Origin: Mytilus californianus
Lineage: Eukaryota
Length of the DNA stretch: 64,000 nt
Assembly (NCBI RefSeq): GCF_021869535.1
Contig: NW_026262679.1
Coordinates: 2,170,001 to 2,234,000 of the forward strand
Direction: 5' to 3'
The notes beneath the pieces were generated by a model. It worked only from the letters and a program-made list of their open reading frames with translations. It did not search any database and was not told the DNA's origin. Made by a program: the position numbers and the translations under genes. Within the stretch, counting starts at the first letter, position 1, and every line of letters begins with the position of its first letter. Positions 46,431 to 60,710 of this stretch are shown in pieces.

Positions 46431-49400
46431 TAATATTTACTGTTCTCAATATTCTATTCTTTAAATTTTAGAACAAATCATTTTTATTTGATATCTTCTT
46501 GGTAAATCAGTCTCATGATCATCGAATACAAAAATGAACAATGATTAAAAGTTTTGATATTTCATGTTTTAGCGATTGATACCTTTCCAACCGTTTGTTG
46601 GTTCAATAAAGGCATTGACCGGAACTGCAGTTTATATGCAATATGTTAGCCCCTACTACTACATTTTTTGTAATAGCGTCTTAACAGGCTCCATAATTAG
46701 TCACATTTTGTATGTGTCAGAGTGTTATATTGAAGTCTGTGATTTGATAAAAATAATCTGCACTTTGTTTAAAAAAAAAATAATCATATTCGCATTGGTG
46801 TGATTTCATACTTCAAACAACGTTTTCATGATTAATATTAAACTGAATTTGATGTCTCTGGTATAACAATAAAGCCTAACTCTTTTGTACAGACATTTAC
46901 ATCACTGCAGATAATCGAAATGTCAAAGGAGATTATATTAAAGGTCTTCTATTGAATCAAAGATATATCAAAAATAACAGGCTTATAATTTGGTACACAG
47001 TTCGTCTACAAAAGACTCATCAGTGGTCTCGTTCAAAAACATTATTGAAATACATTGAAAACCAAAAAGTTTTAAAAAGATGTGCCAAGTTTTAAGACAT
47101 AATAATGTCTGTAAACTGTAAGAGATTTGTATCTCACAGTACCTACAAAGGTGATTACGTTATATCTTCGAAGAAATTTATCTATTATAGACTATCTACT
47201 GTTGTTGGTGTTTTGACGAATGCATATGGAACACATCCTTGATCATCTTGTGCACAGACATTTCAAACATTAAGTACTTCCCGCTATAATCAAAAGTACT
47301 AAGATAAAAATCCATCATTTGATGAATAGTTGCGACCGATTTAATAAAAGTGTTATCGATTAGCTGTTGAATCAATAATATTTTGTTTTATTTCAGAATG
47401 ATGTACATCTATACTTTCGTAGTTCAAAGTTAAAGGATTTTTTAATAAAACCCTACTTTATAAATGTTTTATCAATAACTGCAGACATTAATTGTCAACA
47501 ATTCAGAATTTTCTAAATACTAGTATCACACTGATTGAAATCGGAAACTATATATATAGTATACAAACGAAATTTTAACAACTGAACTCTCTTCAACTAT
47601 GTCGAACAGTAGTAATGACCAATGTTCTTTTTAGATCGTGATATTTGAATTTCTTATGGTAATCTTCATACCAAAATATATGATAAACGGTATATGTTTT
47701 CTTTTTGGTTAATTTTCCATTCTTTGATGCTGATGTTCCGTTGTCATCTTCTTATCTGTTGCACAATTTCAATTGACTCCTTATATGCGCATGTTTACGA
47801 TTTCAATCAGTGTGATATTTTCATAACTTAAGTTGAACAGAAGAGATATAATATAATAAATTAGTAAAACATCTACTGAATTTTATAACACATATATTGG
47901 TTGTTAAACATTGATTCTTTCTCCACTAATTTGATTTAAAGATGTATATCACATTAAGTTTTCCTCCGTAATTTCTTAATATAAATAAGAATATGCGGTA
48001 TGAGTGCCAATGATACTACTCTCCATCCAAGTCACAATGTATAAAAAGTAAACAATTAAGCATACAGTTTTGGAATTGTCCTTCAAATCTTTCTTTTTTA
48101 GCTGAATAGACGTATTTACTACAGTAATGAATATAGTATTGTTGTTTAACTATTGTCGAGATTTTGAAGGAGGTTTTTTTTTTAGGGTGTGGGGGGGGGG
48201 GGGTTGTGGATGTGTGAGGGGGGGAGGTATTTTATGTTAACATTTATTTACAAAATCATATCTTAAATGAAGGCGACAGTTGTTCAATGATGTATAAATC
48301 TCGTACAAATCTCGTAAATCGAAAGAGAAGACAAATCAAGGTAACAAACAGAAATTGAGGGAATCGAATGAACTGTATAAAGAGCGAGACCGGGTGCGTG
48401 GACAGAGTAATCGTCTCCTGCAATATATGCCTCAACAGCCATGCAAATTCCCACTCAATTAAAATGTCACAATTCGGAATAGGACACAATGGGTAAAATT
48501 ACCAACGACTATACTAGTACCTTAAGATCTTATACTGCGAAAGTATGTCGATAGTGGCTTGAGACACCGACACAGCGTATCGGTCAACCATTTAGTGACT
48601 TAAACTTATGTAGTGACGATTTCATTTAATTTTCCTAAAAAAAAAACAATACTAATTTCAAAGTTCTAGTGTTTTAAATAGAATTCTGGATAATTAATTC
48701 AGCAAGAACATGTCTTTCTGTATTGTTAAAACTTTGTACAGTATTAAGTCGTCTTTAAAATACGGTCACCGAAATTATGGTGAAGGACGGTATGATTTCG
48801 TAACAACAGGTAAAGTACTTAGAGCTTGCTTTGTGTAATTAATTGATAGGATAAAATATTAAATGTGCTTTTATTGTTCTTTGTTATTTAATATATAAAG
48901 AAGTCTATAAAAACGACCAACCAACAAATTTGGTATCGGATCGTCTAGAATAGACAATACTATATAGATAATTTTACGGTAACAGATGTTTGCATCGACT
49001 CTGATATAAGATCTACAGGCAGATATGTCGGCTAAAACAAAGGCCCTATTCAGTGTCAATGTTTTTATTGAATGCAATAAAATAAGCGTTTATGTGTAAA
49101 ATTAGCTCACTCGTTCAGATAGATTTTATACAAATGATTTAATGAGAAATCCTGCACCTCATAAACAAAATAAAACTAAATACTATACGGACGTACGGAC
49201 GTGGCTTCGCACTTTTATAGCCCAAAATATCAAAATGTAGTAGTTCGTGTAAATTCATATATACAGAATAACTATACATTGTTTTGAAATATAAAATATA
49301 TTTGAACATGGTTTAGAAACAGGTAGAATGCGAGGGTTTGTAGAGCATTTCTATCGTATTTCGACCGGATATGCCACATACCACAATTAACTTCCCTTTT

Positions 49401-51556
49401 AGTTCTTAATAACGTTTGTCATATTTAAAAAATCGCATCCTGTTTATTTGCCAGACCTTTTGTGTGTGTAAAATGAACAGTACAACATTTAAAAAGTAAT
49501 AAAACTTTTTTTGGCAGACAGTATGGTCTGTTTGGCCTTTTACAGTCGACTAAATGTTATAAGTTTTGCTCATTGCTGAAGGGTGAACGATGACCTATAG
49601 TTGCGTAAATCCGTTTCATTTTGAGCTTGAGGTTGAATGGTTATCTTATTGGCAATCAAACCACATCTCTCGGCAAGTATGTTGCAACATCTGATAAACT
49701 GATTTCACTTAAGGTGAAGTACATGTTGTTTGATCATATTTCGGATTTTTACAAAATTCTATATATATTTATATATCTCGTTCAACTGCATCTGAATATT
49801 GAAAAAAATTGTATATGCAAAATTAACACATTGATTCTAAAGATATGATTAATTCAAAATCTTTAGAATAGAAGATTAAAATGTAAAGAAACGAATATTC
49901 ATGTTGTTAAACAATTGTGATTTCGCAAAATCCGGTCCACACTATTTGTTTTTTGATGATATGTTAACATTGTACACAATTCCGTTTTAATGATCACTAA
50001 ATTCGTGATTGTAGCCTTAAACATTAGCGTTTTTCTGGTACTTCATCACAGCCACCTGTCTCTGAAAAAATAGCTACATGTATATACCTTTAATTTTTTT
50101 TAACGTATAAAGGTTAAAAAAAATTAGAGACTAGTACATGAGAGCTTGGCGCCAACATGTCATTTCACTTATTTTGTTCCTCGACGCTTTTTCCACTGGA
50201 CATATCGGTACTTTAATTGATAATGTCTTAAATATTTGCTGTTTATGTACATTCCTTATATTTATAGATCCGCGTTTATGAAGTTTTAATTGTTTGTATC
50301 TCTGGAAAATATAAATGGTGCATATTTTACTTAGTAGATATTAAGATGCTGCTCAAGAGTACCAAATGCATCCAAATTTTCTTTTTAATTCTGAATACCG
50401 CCCAATTACGTATACTACTACTTAATTTTTTAAATGACAACGTTCACAGTCATAACCAGGTTTCTAATTAAATAAGACCGTTGTCCATAGATATTCCATC
50501 GGAAAAGAGTTACCCGTGTGGAAGCTCATGTCCAACCAGAACACTAGCTAAATCATTTCACGAGTTACGATAAAATGCAGAGGAAGCATTAAATGACCCG
50601 TTTAAGGTCGTGTTCATGCAAAACGTCGCATACTGTAAGCCTGTTTGAAATGATGGTCATGTAATGGACACTGTTTTAACATTTAATTTGTTCTCATCTG
50701 TACACCGGATTTAATTGCCTGTAGATTAGACTTGTTCACAGGAGTAAACTACATAAAGGATTAATGTAAATGTTCATTATATAGAATATATGAATGGAAA
50801 ACTACTCTTTTAACTTCTACAGCAGTTAGATGCAATCCATCTTTTGTGTGGGAGGGGGCATGTTTGTTTTAAAAAATGTTTTGATTTTAAATTTCCTGAG
50901 AAAAAAAATGTTTTAGAGAGGAAGTGAAACATAATTTGTTTCTATAAAAATGAAAGAGGGAAATTGAGTTTAAAAAATTCTTGTTCCTGTATGTTATTAA
51001 AAATAAATCACTGTTTTATTCTTTTGCTTAGAGTCAAAATTTGTGTTTGTCCAAACCCCTACTTTCCTTTCCCCACGGAAAAATTAATGGTTTGTGACTT
51101 AGGAAAACCGTTCTTCTAATTTGGAGTCTTTTTTTTAGTTTTACGGATGTCATGATAACGTTATAAAACAAAAAGCAACAGCAGTGTAGCATTAGGCAAA
51201 GATGAATTGAAATGTACAGCAACGCAGGATTACTCCGCTTAAAACTTTTTAATCCTCCCATATTTTTCGTTTTTCCTGCATTTACTATGAAATCGATTCT
51301 GCACATGGTTCTGCTGCCATCAATATGTTAACCCCAAGTGTTGACTGGGATATAGGAATATGTTCTTCCGTTGATCGTCTTCCAACAGTAAAATCCTTGC
51401 CATAGATCGGCGTTCTTTTTATCTGTGCGGGATGTATAAATTCACAGTCACGTCCGATCAGAGAGTTTTATCCGTTGCCTTGTGTAGAGGGAGTGTCACG
51501 TTCTCTGTAGTTAAGAACCCTTGCAACAACTCTTTTGTGGCTTTGTAGGTAGCCTA

Positions 51557-53308
51557 CACAGGTAAAATAGCTACGGACGTTTTACGGAAAAATAGTACCA
51601 CGTCTAAAATACGGATCTTACGTATTACGGACGGTCTAAAACATCCGTTTTACGGACGTTTTTCGTCCGTATTACGGCTGTAAAAGCACATGTTTTATTT
51701 TCACTAAAAATACCTTGTATGATATTTATCTTATATATTTCTTTCACTATAACATTAAGAAATTGATACATCAACGTGCAAAAATGGTTTAAAAGAAAAT
51801 ATCATGCCTTGATTTATAATAAAGGTTCATGTTTTTGACACCCCTTCATGAATTAAGGGTATACTGCCCTGCAAATATAGCATGAACTTGTCTTTTTCGT
51901 GTTTGTGTTACTGGTTTGCTGTTTCGTAGTAAAGGTGCCTATATGATGTATCTATGAATGTCAACAAAAGTAAACGTCATATATGCATCGAGCGATGTCC
52001 GTAAATTGCATGACCTTCACAAATGTTTTTCAGAGTATTTTTGTTCGTATATCACAATTGTAAATATTGTACAATCAAGAAATACGCATAAAGTGTGCTT
52101 AGATACTAATTCATATCACATTTATAAGTAAACTGAAAGGCATGTTTTACATATACACATGTAACCTGTATATGGAAAATGTCTACATTTCACACAGAAG
52201 GATATACATCGTTGAGACAGCAACCAAATGACAAAATAAAAACAAACAACATATAAAGGGCAATATAGTTGTCTTCAATCGAGATGAGCTGTCAACAACA
52301 AATGTTTGCACCTGTCCTAAGTCAGGAATCTGATTACAGTAGTTGTCGTCAGTTTATGTAGTTCATACGTGTTTCTCGTTTCTCGTTTTTATATAGATTA
52401 GACCGTTGGTTTTTCCGTTTGAATGGTTTTACACTAGTAATTTTTTGGGGCCCTTTATAGCTTGCTGTTCGGTGTGAGCCAATGCTCCGTGTTGAAGGCC
52501 GTACCTTGACCTATAATGGTTTACTTTTATAAATTGTAATTTTTCTATAAATTCAACCACCAAAAGATATATAAAAAAAATAGATTTGTACTTTTACCTG
52601 CAACTTAACAAAATCATATTTTTTTCCGTTGTAAATTTTGAATAAATATTATGAATAAATATCGTAACTAATATTTTAAATTTCACTCAATTTCATCCCC
52701 TTCTTTTATTAAAAAAACTAATTTTGACATTAGAAACAATTTTGAACAGCATGTGACACCCATATCTCAACTTTTTAAAAGAAAATATTAACGCAAGAAG
52801 ATGCTTCTGAAAGATTGTTTTTCAACAAAAATCAAGTTTTTATCACAATTATTGTCTACATTTCACAAAAAATAGGTTCTTTTCTTTTATAGATATTAAC
52901 ACTGTGCTAAAAGATTTTAAAAATTAGCTGAGACAATCCTGACGTATCGTAAGACATAGATGTGTTGACGAACAAACATTGTGATCAAAATGGGGCACCT
53001 GCAAACTAGTCAACAGGGCCATTGAATTCTTTGGTGTATTAAAAGGTCTTGACATAATGATTAATATATATGGTTTTTAGTGTGGACATATACAAATCAA
53101 TTATAATTTGACATTAACAAAGATAAAAGTCAGAGGTCACCTTCAATAGTAAGCGACACATCATACTTAGGTGCCGCTCTCATGAGGAAATTATTAAAAG
53201 CCTATGGCAAAGGATTTAAAAGTACTGTTACGGACAGAAAATGCGAAAAAATATCAAATATTTTTACATTAAGGTCAGAGGTCAAGGTCAGATGCTATTT
53301 TACCTGTG
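51557..53308. mobile_element. non-autonomous DNA transposon, CMC/EnSpm-like (CACAG termini, TA duplication), composite
   Basis: Perfect 15-bp TIR CACAGGTAAAATAGC / GCTATTTTACCTGTG; TA on both sides; empty site at ~37692-37702; multiple TACGGA subterminal repeats at the left end. Confidence 0.82.
52299..52537 (+). mobile_element. family B repeat fragment nested in the DNA transposon
   Basis: Reverse complement of 26955-27180. Starts in the P3 loop of the twister and retains an intact P4/L4, CCTGTCCTAAGTCAGGA (52311-52327). Confidence 0.85.
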
Positions 53309-54400
53309 TATTGCAAGTCTTAAATTATCGCCATACCAAATATATCCTTATTAGGGAGACTCCCTATTGCAGGACATGTCTATTGTATTAATTGTTGAAT
53401 TGTTCCCGTCCTGAACATGCAGGGAATGTTTGCCACTGGGCGTGAAGCAGACAACCATCAATCAATCAAACAACCATGCATTTATTAATGCCCCAATTTC
53501 TGAATGATTTCACTCAATTTGGGAAGACAATTTCCAATGAAGGATGTGTATGATGATTGCGAGTCCGAACAGAATTTAATAATGCTATTTAATCATTTTT
53601 AATAACTGATCAATATTTTGAGTTTTGGACAAATAAATTGGTATATAACTCAATTCATGATATAATTATAATGATTATATTACATATATGTTTCTTCCTT
53701 AAATATTCATAATTAAATTCACTTCTAAATATTTAGTTTTATGTACACTTAACCCACGCAAGCCCTATATTGACTACTAGTGTCATGTAATCAAAATTTG
53801 TTTTAACAACATGTAAACATTGATATTTACCAATGGGAACGTAGTAGAATAAATTATGTGAACACAACCTAATATAGTAAGAAGAACTAAATTACGACTT
53901 GAAAAGCCAAATTTTAGAATGTGAATAATTTAATATCCATAATAAAAGGTATCAGATAATATGTAGTGTGCACATTTAATTTGGAGCTTTTACAATTCTT
54001 CTCTGGAACCAAGCCGAAATGAGAAGACAAAAGAGCAGGACAAAGGATAAAAACTCTCAACATTTGTGGCCTATGCGTCCTATAAACCCCCGCCTATTAT
54101 AATGTTTCCTATTAAAAAAAATAATTTACGGCTCTGATCAGCAACATGAATTAATTTACTATGTGGGTTACTTGATACCATACGCACAGGTATATACAGG
54201 TCTTTATAATACATATTTTTTCAAAGCAAGATACATGTAGGTTATCATGTCTGTGCAAAGCCTATTGTTTCAAAGTTTAAGCGATGACACAAACTGTTAA
54301 GACTAAAATAAGCTGACATGAATAAAGATGTGAACAGATATGCACATGCATAACAGTGTATCATGTATGTTAAGCTGGACATTTATACCTTCAAAATACT

Positions 54401-56777
54401 TCAAAAGAACCAAAGTAGAAGCTTTTGCCAAGCCATTTGGACTTCCTCCTTCTCGACTGGCCATTGAATTAAAAGTACATCTTTCCAAATGGTGGAAAAT
54501 TCTACGGGAATATTATTCAACGGGACATCTTTTTTAATAACAACTATCTTCTGCAGATTTTTGGAAAACTTTTCATACTTTGCTCGTTCGATTTCAAAAC
54601 GAGTTCATTCATTTTCGACAATTGATGGCGAGACAAGAAATATAAAGTGTCTGCATCTATGAATAAAAGTAGCTCTTCCAGTAGCTTTTGATTCATCTAC
54701 AAAGAAATCTCTATCTTCGAAGCAAATTTTGAAACCTCATTCGTCTTCTACTTTCTTTTGTAACTCTTTCTCAATAGAAATACAGTCGTCCGAATATGAA
54801 ACGTAAACGTCATAATCAAAAGTTAGCTCAAGACCCTCCTCTGCAAATCTCCGGATATTTCGGAAGAAATAGAAAATTATTCTCAACCTAAAACTGTACA
54901 ATAGCGTAATACAAAACAAACTTGATAAAACAGAAACCAATAATGAAATGCCTAACTTGATCCAAACGGTAGAATCACAGTCAATGAAATAATGATGAAA
55001 GTCTTCAGCGACATTTCTTATATAGTTGATAGTTTTAAGTGAAGAAACCCAACAAGAGTAGTTACCATTTAAATCTAACTCTACTTTAGTTGTCAGAATC
55101 CAACGCAGAAATGTTGTTGTATCACATGAACAAATCAATGGGTTATTACTGAGCTATAATTTAAAAGTTCCAAATTTGGTATGTTGGGTATCAATCCAAT
55201 TAAGTATATTCATCCGAACGTAGTTAATTGATTGTGTGATCAATCGAGTTCGGTAAGGCTATCAAACTCTGTAACTACATCAGGAACATCATCATACAAG
55301 TTATGAGATAGATGGAGTTGTGTTAAATGCGGCAGTTGCCAAAGCGAATTCAGTTTCCACATATAGTTATATGATATATCCAAATTCTTTATATTATGAG
55401 AAAGACTTAATATTGATGAATTAGTTTGTAAAACGAAGTGCAATATTGTTTCCTTCAAGATGAGTGTTTTCGAATGGATTGAAAGTGGAATTTCCCCGCT
55501 CCAATTGTAATATCGGAACTTATTCCTGACAAATCTAAATGCTCCAATCTATTAAATCCTTCTACAGTCAAAATCGGGAAAACATCTGTTTCAAAATAAG
55601 AAACTTCGAGATGCCGAAGGGAGCTATTTATTACTTTTATTTCCCTGAAGCCATTTCTACCCATTACATGTGCTATTCTCACAAATTGTATTCGGCTCGG
55701 AACCGTAACTGTTATATTCTGTACCTCTAATCTGCCTTTGTATTCAAGTCTTTGGATTGTTGTATGGTTTTTTTTCGCCCCCACGTCAAGGAAGACTGGA
55801 CTTTTTAACCTTAGCGGAAAATAGGAAAAATCAAACATTTTGAGGTTGGTCATCCTGAATACAAACAAGAAAAGATTAATTGCCCAGGATTCTAAACTAA
55901 AGCTATTAGATGATACCATTATATGTTCAAAGCACTGTGGATGTTTAAACGAAACTATTGAATTGTTTTTAACTGAAATAATCTGATTGTCAGAAAAGTC
56001 TACGGTCGTTATACAAATAGTTGGTATATATTTCATCATCTCCAGTGTCAGAACAACCGCGTCAAGGTGGTGTATAATATTACCATGAGTTATTCCACGA
56101 AAAAGAATTGCATCCATTGAGTTATGTTGAAATGGTTGTAAAATTCTGAGAGCCTGAGTCAAGTGAATATTGCTGTTAGTAAGATTCAGTACTTTTAGAT
56201 GAGGAAATGGTATTAAAACTCGAACTTCAAGTTGTCATATGGAATTCATTTATATTTAACAGCATATCTGAAAATGTCTCATTGTAAAAAATATTAACGT
56301 GGCAATAGTCAAATCTCAACTTGTGTAAATTGTGTAGTTTCCTAAATTGCTGTCCAAAAGTTGCGTTCAACACAAGATCATTAGACAGCTCACGCAAGTT
56401 ACTGAATTTACCAACGGGGATATCATATTTGTCGTAATGGTCCAAAGTCTTCATATTTCTACTAACATCTAAAGTTGATCAATCCTGTAAGGATTCAAAC
56501 ACTCCAGGTTGGTAAGATGTAGACACATTTAATTGATTTCTTACCATAGACAAATGTCGTAATAATAATAAAGCGGTGAAAGCCTTCGCATCAAAAAAAT
56601 TTTTAACATTATTATCAAGTATTATATGTTTTAGATACTTATATCTATGAAAACTGTATGCACCCAGTCTGGTCAGTCTATTATAACTTAAATCCAATTT
56701 CTTTAAGTCAGGCGGTAAATTTGTCGGAAAAGATGTAAATCCTTGATATGTACAGTCAGCCTCCTTATCTCCTAATA
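54401..56777 (-). pseudogene. TLR-B copy 3, multiply disrupted, 5' end (signal peptide) replaced
   Basis: TGA at 56479-56481; ~20-nt deletion ~56230; frameshifts ~55490 and ~55218; TGA ~55240. TLR homology ends at 56777, where unrelated repeat-like DNA starts. Confidence 0.93.
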
Positions 56778-57562
56778 GAGATTTCCAATAAAATGACATT
56801 ACTCTACATAACCAACGCATCTGAACGTATCTCGGCCTATTGCATTGAAGCATGACTGAGGGGGCATAGACTGCTTGATTTTTTTGCTCATTGAATACAT
56901 ATATTATGTTGGAATAGATGTTATTCCAAAATTAACCCAATCTGCTTTTTTAAATCTTTACATATTTTAATTGTTATCAAATTCTGGAAGATTTTATTGA
57001 CAACGACCTTTAAGGGAATAAATAATCCAGTTACAGTAATCAAATGAACCGGTTATTTCATTTGACCCATATGTTTAGTTCTCTAATGAGGAATTTTCAA
57101 AACCATTGCAGTACAAATTAAGTTTGAAATAATAAAAATAATGAAATCTGAAGTGAGATGATATTCTCATTTTTAAGGTGTACACGACTAACTCCTTTTT
57201 TTAGCATAATTTTATAAATTATTTCAAGATACTTTTGCTCGACTCAAAAATACAGATAACAATTGCGTCTATCTGATAGCACTTTGTCATCTTTCCGTAG
57301 AATTTAATAAAATGGGATATGGAATTTATTGGAATGCATCTTCAAGAAATACATAATTACACTTTACTAAATCAGTATATTTTTCCTTTCTTTTTTTTAA
57401 AGATGCATGGGTGTGATTTAACGTCATTGCTCACAAATTGTTTCTGTGAAATGTTTGGAGTGCAACTTAAACAAATACGTCTGCAAAACGGACACAGACA
57501 TGTATGGAACTTTTTATTGTAGTTTTGTTGAGTGGGATTCTTTTATTTTAATTACCAACTTA

Positions 57563-57770
57563 TGTGGAGCAGGGTCTCCTTACCCTTCCGCAGCATCTGA
57601 GATCACCCCCAGTTTTTGGTGGGGTACGTATTGCTCATTCTTTTGTTTTCTATGTTGTGTTTTGTGTACTGTAGTTTGTTTGTTTGTCTTTTTATTTTAG
57701 CCGTGGCGTTGTCAGTTTATTTTCGACTAATGAGTTTGAATGTCCCTTTGGTATCCTTTGTCTCTCTTTT
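57563..57770 (+). mobile_element. Naiad-type 3' UTR fragment
   Basis: Similar to 10351-10560. Confidence 0.8.
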
Positions 57771-57962
57771 GTGATAGCAAGGGATTATTATATTTTCTTG
57801 TCTGTTTGTCCGTCCGTTCATCCATCCCGTTCCAATTTTAAAACTTTTAAAAATTATATACCAAATAAGGGTTTTACCTAAATAAAGTCGTTTTCTGAAC
57901 ATTTAAATGTGAAAATGTCAGGAGGCACACATGCACATGTATGTGTATCTTCAATATTCATA

Positions 57963-58240
57963 ACCACGTCTGTGGTCCAATAGTAGCATGCTTGCCTCGG
58001 GTGCTGGAGGTCCTGAGTTTGATACTCGGCTGGTTCAAATCAAATATTGGCTGCATCAGTGCTATACACGCGATTTATGTTAAGGAGTAAGAGCACAATT
58101 TATGGTCCGGAGTCAGAATAATGTGTCCGGGTAGAGTGTCATGTCATTCTGTGGACCTTATAAACTAGCATGTTAAAAATTTGGACCAGCTTGTAGGTCT
58201 AGTACAAAGTCGGGTTCATATTTATTTTCTCGTCCTGAAT
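57963..58240 (+). mobile_element. degenerate tRNA-head SINE (probably Meta-domain type)
   Basis: A-box-like TGGTCCAATAG and B-box-like GAGTTTGATACT, then a central block ttaaggagtaagagca..gagtcagaataatgtgtccg that I recall from bivalve SINE conserved domains. The domain assignment is from memory. Confidence 0.6.
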
Positions 58241-60710
58241 ATGCATATTCAAACTACATATGCGATGAACACTTATTGTCCAACATCCTGTTGATACTTA
58301 TATTTTTGCGTTGAGCAAAGTCGTGATCTTCTACACTGCATTGTGAATAAAAACACCGAAAAGGAAAATATTAGCGTGCGTTTGGACTGCATTGTGCATC
58401 GAAATCATATCATCTTATTTTCTAATTTCTTTCTATGCTTATGACTTATGACACATGCACTACAATGATTTATGCAGTTTAAAAAATCGGTGCTCTATAA
58501 ATTGTTTATCAATAAATGGATAAAATACTATATGTGAAGGCACTTCGAGGGATATAAAATATTTTGCCTGTAAATGTCTTGTATTTGGACTCGTATAGCA
58601 TTTTAAGCTGTCGTTCCCGTTAAACAAGACAACACAGAACAATCCATAATCGAGGACACCTTCTAAAATACAACCTCTATAGGTAATTTATTCATTTATT
58701 AATTTTATAATAAATGGAAAATACTTTAACTTCGAAATGAATTGGAAGTGATAGTTTTATCTCATTTTTCAACTTTAATCAATCATCGACAAATCCAGAC
58801 AAACAATGATTTCGACATTTCTGAACTTGTCAGCAAAATATCCTTCTAAAACATATTTTCCTCATAAAATATAGATAAATGGATAACGAAAAAAGTTAGC
58901 ATTTTAGATATAGAATAATGGAGCGTTCATCTGCAATGTGTATTGAAAAGTAAATCCCATTATCAAAACCATGAAAGATAACACAAATCGATCGTATAAT
59001 AGGTAAGGGATACATTTCTATACGTGATCTTATGTCAGAGAAAATTCAGGCGGAAATTTTGAGAACCACGTGATATATAAAAAATTCCTGATTTCTTTCT
59101 TTTTATATCCCGTAAAAAATATTTGATATGGACGAAAATTCCAGTGTATTGTTTTTATAGTCTTGGAATACTTGAGCGACGTATTTAACCAAATTCAATG
59201 GTTGGCAATAACCAGTCCCATAAGGTCCATACGTCGATCATGGGTTTGTCATTATTTAAGCAATACTCAATAAGTTGGTGGATGCATGTATGCTGCATTT
59301 CTAGAAGGGCCAGTTGTATTCCACCCCCCCCCTTTTATTAACATTATATAAAGAGTGCAATAAGCGGCGACTGGCTAAAATTATAATTTGTATTCGAGAT
59401 CACGATTTAAAAAAAAAATGTGATCACGGATTATGATCGTAACGAAGAATTCAATATTTTGTTTTCAATGTTTAAATTAGTTTTAACAAATATGAGGAAT
59501 TAATTATATCAGACTTTTGTTATTCATTAGTTATTACAGATGATGTATTTTTTAGCAGTCAAAAGCTTAAATTTTTTAGAAAAGAAAGAAAGGCTCATAA
59601 ATTCATCAGCAGTGTATACAAAAAGATAAAAAGAAGATATAAAATTTATGATACAAATAAGAAAATCATGCAAAAATGCTGCGAAAATTTGCTACCCTCA
59701 CAAATATCTTCGCATTTAAATTCAAGGTATGCCCATCGTGAGTATTTTCAAAACTTTTATATTCGTTTAAAGGTTATAGATAAGTTTTATTGATCACTGC
59801 CACATGCGTTTCTGGAGACATCATATTTCTGTCTGTACCAAACAACCTAAAACTTGTATCTCTGGCGTTTTTTTTGCTACTCAAGAGACGTTTTTCCTAA
59901 AAGCTTCTTTATACTTGGTACAATTTATTTGTCATCATACACTCTTGACCACATACATATTTTTTGAAAAAGTTGTGAGATTTGGACCATTTGCCTCGTG
60001 GCAGCCTGGTATAATTTTGGCTATATGACCCCTTATGCCAAAGAAAGAACAAATTGACCCTTTTTTGCCTTGTATTTCTTTACAATGAAGACATGGGATT
60101 GATAAGAACATTCAGAAGGAATGCGCTAACGCAACTGCATTTGAATTACAAAGAATGAGGTAAATGTAGAGCAAAAAGAGGAGGATGCCAATTTATTTAA
60201 GTTGAAAAAATATATTTAGATTGAATCAAATAGGAATACATGTGCAGTTGAATTGTTTTATTAGGGAACATACTAATTAATTGAATCGATTGCCATCTTT
60301 TTCCTCAGAGCTAATAAGATCTTTGAATCATTCGAATCGTCAGTGGTGACATAAACCAAGAAATATGTTTAAACTTTTAAAAGAAATATATATAAAAATA
60401 AAAGTGCACCAAGAAGGATAACAAAGCAAGCTAGAGAATACTTGTGAATCGGGGCGGGGGTATCTTTGTCATTCGAAAATTTCTTGAAAATCATAATATC
60501 ACAATAAAATTGTCCTGACTCAGTGTTATTTCAACGCTGTAAATACTGTTACACTTCCAAGTGAAAAATGGAATAAAACATGAAACATCCGTGACAAAAT
60601 GTAATTAATGTATCAAGTTACAGCAGTTGTTACATGGAATATCTTATAAAAATGAAAAATGGAGACATAATTCACAGAACAAAAACTAGCGACATTTCAT
60701 GAAAAGTAAA

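Larger units (their letters stand above)
34675..47270. repeat. segmental duplication unit 2 (TLR-B copy 2 + C1q copy 2)
   Basis: Collinear with units 1 and 3. The TLR stop-to-stop distance to unit 3 is 15.6 kb and the C1q ATG-to-ATG distance is 17.3 kb. Confidence 0.88.

Noticed and set aside
56479-56853. ORF with a novel N-terminus (MLQCNRPRY...) fused to TLR LRRs
   Set aside because: The N-terminus comes from unrelated repeat-like DNA at the deletion breakpoint, has no signal peptide, and the frame stops after 124 aa.
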